In this document: piece by piece, positions 1 through 6,802 of the stretch
Layout of the letters: every line of letters begins with the position of its first letter
How positions within the stretch are numbered: position 1 is the stretch's first letter
Assembly (NCBI GenBank): GCA_046758365.1
Contig: JBHIAC010000086.1
Span: forward strand, 1-14,140
Reading direction: 5' to 3'
DNA: 14,140 nt
From: a bacterium
GTDB taxonomy: Bacteria > Zhuqueibacterota > Zhuqueibacteria > Oceanimicrobiales > Oceanimicrobiaceae
Notes under the pieces: model-generated
The model's input: the letters and a program-made list of their open reading frames with translations, nothing else
What the model was told of the DNA's origin: nothing
The model's database searches: none
Position numbers and translations under genes: made by a program

Positions 1-2728
1 TGAGGAGGCTACCATTTACTGTGGCAGTTGCAACTGAATCATTTGAACTGAATGCTGAAAAGGATAGCTCTTCTCCATCGGGATCGGTAAATACAAATGG
101 AGACGTATTAAGGTCTCGAGTAAAACTATCGCCGTTTATTGTTAAATTAATATCAGGAATTTCGTTCGCTACGACAGGAGAATTATTCTCCCTTACGGTC
201 AAAAACTGATTGACCGGAATATTCATAAAAATCCTTACAATTCCTGAAGACCATTCAATTTTGAGAGAATCAATAATCGTTGCATCGCCTAAACCAAATT
301 CGGTATTTAAGCTATTTTGACCACCGAATCCTCCCCCTGTTTGCCCAGAGATTTCGTTCAATTGCCAAACAGCTCTTCCATTGATAGTTGCTTTCACTCT
401 GACCTTTGTACCAACCGCAGATCTGTTTGAAACCGTGCCGTTACATTTTATATTTATCCAGTTATTACTATAGCCATTGTTGGCGTACAAAAAGTTGTTT
501 CCAACATTCCCAACAAAAAGATCTAAATCACCGTCATTATCATAGTCAGCCCAACTACTACCTTGGGAAAAAATCCCATCGTTGACGATATGTCCTGCTG
601 TGACTTTATTAAAAGTACCGTCCCCATTGTTGCGATAGAGAAAGTTATTTCCACCATGGTTAGCGACAAAAAGGTCTAAATAGCCATCATTGTCATAGTC
701 GCCCCAATTGGCACCGTGTGAGTTACTTCCATCGTTAACAATGTCACCTGTGGTAATTTTAGTGAAAGTGCCATCGCCATTGTTTGAGTATAAAAGGTCG
801 TTTTCATCATTCTTATTAGCGACAAACAAGTCTAAGTCACCATCATTATCATAGTCTCCAAAACTACTGCTTAGGGATGAACCTCCATCTGTGACTATTG
901 AACCTGTGGTAATTTTGTTGAAGCCCCCATCACCATTATTTGCATACAAGAAGTTGTTTCCCTCATTAGCAACAAACAAGTCTAAATAGCCATCATTGTC
1001 ATAGTCGCCCCAAATACAGCCTGTCGAATTACCACCATCGTTAACAATAGTACCAGTAGTGATTCTTGTAAAAGTACCATCGCCATTGTTGGCATACAAA
1101 AAGTTGTTTTCATTATTCCAATTAGCGACAAACAGATCTAAATCACCGTCATTGTCATAATCACCCCAACTAGCACCATGTGAACTGCTTCCATCGTTAA
1201 CAATATCACCTTCAGCAATTTTGGTAAAGCTGCCATCGCCATTGTTAGCATATAGAAAGTTGTTTCCAAAGTTAACGACAAACAGATCTGAATCACCATC
1301 ATTGTCATAGTCACCCCAACTACTACCTGAAGATATTCCCCCATCATTGACAATGTCTCCTTCAGTAATTTTGATAAAGCTGCCATCGCCATTATTGCGA
1401 TACAAAAAATTGTTTTGGCCTTCAGGAAGATTAAAATTTGAAACAAAGAGGTCCATATTGCCATCATTGTCATAATCACTCCAACTAACGTTTCTAGAAT
1501 CACCGCCATCGTTGACAATATCGCCTGTGGTGATGCGTATGGTTGAACTTAGGTTATAGTAGTATGCCCCCATATCCATTCGTGTATAATCAGGGTCCTG
1601 ATCATCTGGGTCTGTCTGCCAGGTGATACCATCACCATCTAAATCGGGATCACCCGCATCAATACAGGGGGAACCGAGTTGAAGATGATAATCGCCTGAT
1701 CCTTCATCTGCAAACAAAGGATTTTGGTCAATGTTTCCAGTACCTGCTGCACCACCTCTAACATTTGAATAGGATATTGTTATCGAACTTAAATTTAATG
1801 CAATTTCTTGAGGTGAATTATTCCATAGTATAGCATTCAATAAAATTGGATTAGAATTTTTACCACAGAAAATACCACCACTTGTCCCATTCGCTGAATT
1901 CCCAGTAATTGTAACATTTATTAGATTCGGATTTGAATTATCCCAACAAACAAAACCTCCATCCCATTCCGCAGAATTTTGTGAAATGATTACATTCGCC
2001 AAATTTGGGCTGGATTGACGACAATGTATTCCTCCACTCCACTTAGCGTAATTATTCGTAACTATCACATTCCTTAGAAATGGGTCAGAATTATTAAATG
2101 CCATTCCACCACCGTGATCATTTGAAGTATTGTTTAAAATCATCACTTCTTCAAGAGTTGGTCGACTATTCTCATGACAGACCAGTCCACCACCATTATC
2201 AATCGCTGAGTTACCTCTTATTTCTACATTCTTTAGATATGGATTACAATTTCGTCGACAGGAAATTCCGCCACCAGCATGTGCGGCCGAATTATTGAGT
2301 ATTCTCAAGTTTTCCAAACTAGGGCTGGCATGATCATAACAGTTAATACCACCGCCATCCCAATCAGACGAACCATTGGTAATTGTAAATCCACTTAATA
2401 TTGCTGTAGAATCAACATGGTTAAATGCTACCACGCTCTCATTTTTGTTCCCATCTATCACAGTCCGAGTTATGTAGCTGGTGTCACCTGTGGTTATGAA
2501 TAATGAGCCAACCAGGATATTTCGCCCATTGAAATAGATGTTCTCAAAATATGTACCAGGCGCCACTAGAACTGTATCACCAATACTTGCTGCATTTATC
2601 CCTGCCTGTATTGCGGGATAATCTGCCGGAACGCGAATTATCGTTGCGCTTGCTATCCCTGTATTTAAAGCTATTGTCATTAGTACAAGTACACCTATTA
2701 CAAAACTGCTTTTTTCAAATTCGTTCAT
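1..2728 (-). CDS. Large secreted multidomain protein, truncated at its 3' end by the window edge: signal peptide, right-handed parallel beta-helix, 7x FG-GAP/VCBS beta-propeller, ASPIC/UnbV domain, start of an Ig/cadherin-like domain
   Basis: Translated by hand because it is not in the ORF track (no stop in the window). ATG at 2728 with AAGGA SD upstream; 909 codons open to position 2. Sequence reads MNEFEKSSFVIGVLVLMTIALNTGIASA|TIIRVPADYPAIQAGINAASIGDTVLVAPGTYFENI, then GGGIxC..SxPxLxNVxIxxNSA repeats, NPLFADEGSGDYHLQLGSPCIDAG, seven DYDNDGxxDLFVxN repeats, NWINIKCNGTVSNRSAVGTKVRV...QNSLNTEFGLG..IEWSSG (ASPIC/UnbV), and NNSPVVANEIPD...FTDPDGEELSFS. Confidence 0.93.
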   Translation of the reverse strand, partial: MNEFEKSSFVIGVLVLMTIALNTGIASATIIRVPADYPAIQAGINAASIGDTVLVAPGTYFENIYFNGRNILVGSLFITTGDTSYITRTVIDGNKNESVVAFNHVDSTAILSGFTITNGSSDWDGGGINCYDHASPSLENLRILNNSAAHAGGGISCRRNCNPYLKNVEIRGNSAIDNGGGLVCHENSRPTLEEVMILNNTSNDHGGGMAFNNSDPFLRNVIVTNNYAKWSGGIHCRQSSPNLANVIISQNSAEWDGGFVCWDNSNPNLINVTITGNSANGTSGGIFCGKNSNPILLNAILWNNSPQEIALNLSSITISYSNVRGGAAGTGNIDQNPLFADEGSGDYHLQLGSPCIDAGDPDLDGDGITWQTDPDDQDPDYTRMDMGAYYYNLSSTIRITTGDIVNDGGDSRNVSWSDYDNDGNMDLFVSNFNLPEGQNNFLYRNNGDGSFIKITEGDIVNDGGISSGSSWGDYDNDGDSDLFVVNFGNNFLYANNGDGSFTKIAEGDIVNDGSSSHGASWGDYDNDGDLDLFVANWNNENNFLYANNGDGTFTRITTGTIVNDGGNSTGCIWGDYDNDGYLDLFVANEGNNFLYANNGDGGFNKITTGSIVTDGGSSLSSSFGDYDNDGDLDLFVANKNDENDLLYSNNGDGTFTKITTGDIVNDGSNSHGANWGDYDNDGYLDLFVANHGGNNFLYRNNGDGTFNKVTAGHIVNDGIFSQGSSWADYDNDGDLDLFVGNVGNNFLYANNGYSNNWINIKCNGTVSNRSAVGTKVRVKATINGRAVWQLNEISGQTGGGFGGQNSLNTEFGLGDATIIDSLKIEWSSGIVRIFMNIPVNQFLTVRENNSPVVANEIPDINLTINGDSFTRDLNTSPFVFTDPDGEELSFSAFSSNDSVATATVNGSLL
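473..1534 (-). repeat. Seven tandem ~150-bp coding repeats (FG-GAP/VCBS blades)
   Basis: Consensus ITxGxIVNDGxxSxGxxWGDYDNDGxLDLFVANxxxNNFLYxNNGDGxF occurs 7 times. An identical 34-bp segment, gtctaaatagccatcattgtcatagtcgccccaa, is at 674-707 and 980-1013. Confidence 0.92.
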
Positions 2729-2744
2729 TTTTTATTCCTTTCTC

Positions 2745-2800
2745 TGCTCGCTGGGGATTTAAGCTCACCTGCTCGGCCCGCCTTGAAATCCCCAGCGGAA
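2745..2800. repeat. Palindromic (REP-like) element, copy A
   Basis: Perfect 12-bp inverted repeat cgctggggattt (2749-2760) / aaatccccagcg (2786-2797). It is related to the inverted copy at 2957-3009. Confidence 0.75.
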
Positions 2801-2882
2801 CCCATAAATTTGGAATTGTATCCCTTAATCTTAACCAAATTCATAGCCCATTCCTTTAATTTAGTGGATGCAATCCGAGTTT

Positions 2883-2950
2883 ACCCCGTGAGATAATTTA
2901 TGAATTCTAGTCATTCAAAAATAGAGAAGTTGTGTTATATCTCACGGGGT
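2883..2950. repeat. 13-bp perfect inverted repeat with an AT-rich 42-nt spacer
   Basis: accccgtgagata (2883-2895) / tatctcacggggt (2938-2950). Confidence 0.75.
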
Positions 2951-2956
2951 TAATTT

Positions 2957-3009
2957 TTCCGTCGGAGGATTCTACGTATGCCCAGCAGTGAGTAAATCCC
3001 CGACGAGCA
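2957..3009. repeat. Palindromic (REP-like) element, copy B, inverted relative to copy A
   Basis: Stem cgtcgg(a)ggatt(c)tac (2960-2975) / gtaaatccccgacg (2992-3005). Its reverse complement aligns end to end with 2745-2800. Confidence 0.7.
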
Positions 3010-3038
3010 AATCCAATATAACTAATACAGACCCAACT

Positions 3039-4544
3039 TTATCTCTTTATTTTGAACTTCTCCCTCCGATAGGAGCTGGTATCCGGTTCGGCAAATAAGG
3101 CCTGGACATTTTCCATGCGAATAAAAGGATACAAATCTACAATCACTTGTTTGAATTGGAATGTTCCGTTTATTAGATGATAGATTTCGCGAATCTTTGC
3201 CACGTGGTGCCATAGACGCTGCTTGTCTCGCCATAATGCATAGCCAGTTATTTTGAATTTTTTAGGGCTTCCGGCAATATCCCTAAAGAAAAAATAGGCC
3301 AATTTATACTGTGTCAATCCATTGAGGATATTCGCTAAAGATTCCATTCCCTGCCATTGTAGAGTATCCACCTGGGTGTGGTGAATTATAAACCAACCTT
3401 TAAGTCCATCAGTCTCTTCAATCTTAGGTTGAAACGGGGCTGGCAAGCCCAGAGTGCTGTACCGTTGAAGTGTGTTATCGGACAATTCATAAATGACAGG
3501 AGCATCAAAGGAACCTTCGAGTAGCTTCTTTTTTATGGCGTCGTGAGCAAAAAACGATTCGTTCTGAAGCTCTTTGATTGGTATCCAGGATGAATTTAAT
3601 AGAAATTTTTCAGCAGAAAATCGTTTAGCGGTCAACTGGTATCTTAAACTGACAGGCACCAATCCATCGATAGCGGGTAAAGTTGCTTCAATTGTCGCAG
3701 AAGTCTCGGTGGTATTGAGAACCAGAATGTCGAAATCCTTGAACTCTTGCCTAAGTATTTGCCCAATTGCATCCCGCGCTGAAGGGGCGGTCACAATTAA
3801 GTTGGTACCAGTGTGATCCCCTTCCTTACACTCCAGCCACATTTTTATTGAGTCTCTAAGAGCTTGCACCCTTTCGAATCTGTCTTCAAGTTCAAAGAAA
3901 CGAGCAGTAATATGCTTCTGAATATCTACGGTGATTTCGATAGGCTTCAAAGGAGAACCAACGACCAGGCGAATCGTATATAAGTAATTGTTCCCCTCCC
4001 ACTCTATGGACTGAATTGGCAAGCTACCTTTGAATCGGGACTTGAGCCTTTCCAGAATTTCATTTTTATTTAACAGTCCCTCATAACGTATTTTGATGTG
4101 TGCTGGATAAAGAAAATCATATAGGAAACTCTCTACACCGGTTTCATATAACCAGGCGAAATGTTCGATCAGTTCTAATACCTCATGTTCAATAGGCTGC
4201 AGTGCCCCACGCTCTGGCACCAGCAACCTGCGCACATCTACGATTTTCCTTGTAGGATTTCTACTAAGCAAGAGGGCAATTCTGTGGTTGGAATCTTGAG
4301 ATGCATCAAAGTTACTAAGCCACACTTCGTCGTACACACCCTTTTCAAATATTGAATCCACAATAAAAGATTCGAAGTGAAAATGTTTTTGCCAGTGGGA
4401 AAATGCTTCGCTTAAATACTCGCTGGCAAATATGGTCTTGTCATTATTCGCAGCCCTTTTCAATAAGTCCTGTAAATCCAGTGGTTCTTTTGGAAATGGA
4501 TAGAACATATAAAACAGAATGTAAACTAATAAAGGCATCCGCAT
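3039..4544 (-). CDS. Hypothetical exported or membrane-anchored protein, 501 aa
   Basis: Long ORF co-oriented with its neighbours, with a hydrophobic N-terminus (MRMPLLVYILFYMFYPFP). No catalytic motif recognised. Confidence 0.85.
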   Translation of the reverse strand: MRMPLLVYILFYMFYPFPKEPLDLQDLLKRAANNDKTIFASEYLSEAFSHWQKHFHFESFIVDSIFEKGVYDEVWLSNFDASQDSNHRIALLLSRNPTRKIVDVRRLLVPERGALQPIEHEVLELIEHFAWLYETGVESFLYDFLYPAHIKIRYEGLLNKNEILERLKSRFKGSLPIQSIEWEGNNYLYTIRLVVGSPLKPIEITVDIQKHITARFFELEDRFERVQALRDSIKMWLECKEGDHTGTNLIVTAPSARDAIGQILRQEFKDFDILVLNTTETSATIEATLPAIDGLVPVSLRYQLTAKRFSAEKFLLNSSWIPIKELQNESFFAHDAIKKKLLEGSFDAPVIYELSDNTLQRYSTLGLPAPFQPKIEETDGLKGWFIIHHTQVDTLQWQGMESLANILNGLTQYKLAYFFFRDIAGSPKKFKITGYALWRDKQRLWHHVAKIREIYHLINGTFQFKQVIVDLYPFIRMENVQALFAEPDTSSYRREKFKIKR

Positions 4545-4572
4545 GGCTAATCTTTATTTTATTCACTTTAGT

Positions 4573-4658
4573 GATACTGGATTCTGGATGCTTTATACTC
4601 GAAAATAACATCATTTCCAATTAAAAAATCCAGCATCCAGCAACAAGCATCGAGTATC
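4573..4658. repeat. Inverted heptamer tandem arrays (consensus GATRCTG)
   Basis: Left arm GATACTG GATTCTG GATGCTT TATACTC GA (4573-4602). Right arm aatccag catccag caacaag catcgag tatc (4627-4658), whose reverse complement is GATACTC GATGCTT GTTGCTG GATGCTG GATT. Confidence 0.75.
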
Positions 4659-4727
4659 TTATCATACTTTTACGACTAGTCACTTAATAATAAATATATT
4701 CGATTGGAAGCTTATTTATTTAGCTTT

Positions 4728-5657
4728 CTATGGAAACTCAGGAGGTTCAGGCAGGGGTTCAGCTTTCCCACGGGAGTCAATAAAAAAGAACGTACCTCCA
4801 GCAATGGCAGCAGCAGAGCTGGTTAAAAACCACCACTTGCTATAAAATGGCTTTTTAATGACTTCCAGTTTTTCCACCAGATGAATCTCCTCCGGGCCTA
4901 ATTCAATATCGATAACTTTCTCAGTGTATTTATAGCCTGGCTTTTGCAGCATCAATCGATAGCTGCCAGGTTCAAGATAAATAGCACCCGGAGCCATGCC
5001 AACAGCTTCCTCGTCGATTAAGATGCCCACTTCCTGAAGATTGTTCTCTATATCAATTTGCACACGCAATGCTGTTTGGGTCAGCTCGATTTCCAACTCG
5101 CTGACCTTATTCGATTCAACGGTCAATGTTTTCTCTTCTGAGCGATATCCTTCCTTTAAGATTTGCACATAATAGTTTCCCGGTGGCGCTTCATCAGTAC
5201 GATACGGTGTTTTAGCATCAACAGGAACACCATTAATGCGTAAACTGGCACTGTCAGGCGTGGTTTTGATAAACAAGGTTCCTGGGACTGGTCTTACCTG
5301 AGAAACTTTAAGACGATAGGCGCGTTTGGCCTTCAAATTAATGACCCCTGTTTTAACAGGCAAATAACCGCTGGCCCGGATAGTGATAATCTGACGACCC
5401 GGCTCCACAAAAAGCTGCCACTCGTTCTCGCTAATTTGCCGCGTCTCAAATAATTGCCGAGTACTTTCAAATTGGAGTGCAGGCACCTCTGATACAATTG
5501 ATAACACCGACCGATCTTCACTTCTAACCACAGTAGTCAATTCTTCTGGTACACTAACCGAAATCTCACCATATTTTTGCTGACCAATAACCAGACTGCA
5601 AACCAAGACATTCAAAAAACTGATAGTAAATAAAGCCCTCATTACATTTCTCTCCAT
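4728..5657 (-). CDS. PEGA domain-containing secreted protein with a C-terminal hydrophobic anchor
   Basis: Signal peptide (MRALFTISFLNVLVCSLVIG). PEGA-type repeats GTLFIKTTPDSASLRING..KTP..PPGNYYVQILKEGY and VGILIDEEAVGMAP..LEPGSYRLMLQKPGY. C-terminus KKPFYSKWWFLTSSAAAIAGGTFFF...LPEPPEFP. The true start may be the ATG at 5642, which has GGAG upstream. Confidence 0.88.
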   Translation of the reverse strand: MERNVMRALFTISFLNVLVCSLVIGQQKYGEISVSVPEELTTVVRSEDRSVLSIVSEVPALQFESTRQLFETRQISENEWQLFVEPGRQIITIRASGYLPVKTGVINLKAKRAYRLKVSQVRPVPGTLFIKTTPDSASLRINGVPVDAKTPYRTDEAPPGNYYVQILKEGYRSEEKTLTVESNKVSELEIELTQTALRVQIDIENNLQEVGILIDEEAVGMAPGAIYLEPGSYRLMLQKPGYKYTEKVIDIELGPEEIHLVEKLEVIKKPFYSKWWFLTSSAAAIAGGTFFFIDSRGKAEPLPEPPEFP

Positions 5658-5673
5658 CTATATAATATTTAAA

Positions 5674-6669
5674 TTAATCAATGATTTCAAAATCCCCCAA
5701 ACCTACTACAGAGCCGTCTTCAAACTTTTCAGGCTGCCAAGCACGCACATGAATCAAAGGTTTATCCGGATTCATAAAATCCATCATCACAAACAGATAG
5801 CCTTCATCACTATAGTGGCTCGAGTTCCACCGCTGCCTTAGCTTTATCCCATAGATATCTGGATACTTTTTGTGTTGGACAATTTCAACATCATCAAAAA
5901 TAACCCTTACAAAAGAATTCAATTTGAAGACGTGGCGTAGACGCTGAATGTATTCCTTTTTGCTTAATCTAATAAACTGTATTTTGCTTGCCCCAAGGGA
6001 ACTTGAGGCCAAGTAATCGTTCCCAATTTCTTGTTTTTTAAGTACCCGACCCACTATGATGAGTGCATCGTCGCTATAGGCTTTTTCGAGATAATCAATA
6101 TCTTTCCTATTATGTGCCGTGCGAAATTCCTCCAAAAAATCCAGAATCTGTTGTCTAAATATCATATCATCAAGTTTACGACCTTCTTCTAATATGCGTT
6201 TATAGTGATGTGTTTCCATGGCATAGTGGACGTTTTCAATAAATAAATGGAAATTGAGAACAAAAACCAACTCTTGAATAGGATCTCCTTCGGTTTCTCC
6301 CAATTCCACACGCACTTTAATGCCCCGGACTTCATAATGTCCGGTTGAGGTTTCTAACAGGCGGCTACGATATTCTGGAATGGTTGAATAAAAATTTGTT
6401 TTTTCTACTAAATTCTTAAACGCTTCATATCCACTCTCTGTATAATATTCCCGTACCGTCTCTACATTTCCTATACCTTCCTTCACTTTATTTGCCTCTT
6501 GAATGACTGCCGTCAATGCTTTTCCAATATGATTGCGACTAATAATACTACCACCACTAACAATAATAACTCTCGACTTTACATAGGCTTGTAATTTTAT
6601 AGGGAAGACACTGTTCATACAGAGCATTCCAATGATAAATAGAATTACCTTTTTCAATTTCATTTGCAT
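5674..6669 (-). CDS. Secreted protein with a C-terminal NTF2/SnoaL-like domain
   Basis: GAGG SD before the ATG at 6669 and a signal peptide (MKLKKVILFIIGMLCMNSVFPIKLQA). The pattern ILDFLEEFRTAHNRKDIDYLEKAYSDDALII...KKEYIQRLRHVF...FDDVEI...YSDEGYLFVMMDF is typical of NTF2-like folds. Fold call is by pattern recognition. Confidence 0.8.
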   Translation of the reverse strand: MQMKLKKVILFIIGMLCMNSVFPIKLQAYVKSRVIIVSGGSIISRNHIGKALTAVIQEANKVKEGIGNVETVREYYTESGYEAFKNLVEKTNFYSTIPEYRSRLLETSTGHYEVRGIKVRVELGETEGDPIQELVFVLNFHLFIENVHYAMETHHYKRILEEGRKLDDMIFRQQILDFLEEFRTAHNRKDIDYLEKAYSDDALIIVGRVLKKQEIGNDYLASSSLGASKIQFIRLSKKEYIQRLRHVFKLNSFVRVIFDDVEIVQHKKYPDIYGIKLRQRWNSSHYSDEGYLFVMMDFMNPDKPLIHVRAWQPEKFEDGSVVGLGDFEIID

Positions 6670-6802
6670 TTACACCCTCGCATTTAATAATATTTTATGG
6701 CATTGCTATTATTTCGACGAAGCAATCTTAAAGCAGTCTATATATCAGAATTTGTTAGGCTCGCATTGCCCGTAATGAAAATTTAGTAATAGCAATTGAG
6801 TG

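Noticed and set aside
1138..1518. 126-aa Met-rich minus-strand ORF
   Set aside because: Alternative frame of the FG-GAP repeats. The Met richness comes from AAT-GAT-GGC codons of the real frame.
473..1534. Repeats as a CRISPR array or a DGR template/variable pair
   Set aside because: They are in-frame ~50-aa protein repeats. No cas or reverse transcriptase gene is in the window, and I saw no adenine-specific mismatch pattern.
21..2859. Plus-strand ORFs 21..209, 2098..2298 and 2551..2859
   Set aside because: Antisense shadows of the large surface-protein gene, with no recognisable motifs.
2883..3009. Rho-independent terminator for the 501-aa gene
   Set aside because: On the minus (sense) strand the hairpins are followed by A-rich rather than U-rich sequence.
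2729..3038. tRNA, known riboswitch (e.g. c-di-GMP) or integron attC in the structured spacer
   Set aside because: I could not identify a cloverleaf/T-loop, the c-di-GMP-I consensus, or RYYYAAC...GTTRRRY ends by eye. An Rfam scan is still needed to exclude them formally.
3022..5521. Short ORFs 3022..3234, 3574..3816, 4403..4624 and 5333..5521
   Set aside because: Largely nested in or antisense to longer, better supported CDSs, with no motifs.
3039..5657. Apparently higher GC in the PEGA and 501-aa genes as evidence of horizontal transfer
   Set aside because: Spot counts of a few 60-nt lines overlapped with those from neighbouring genes. A sliding-window and codon-usage computation is needed before claiming this.
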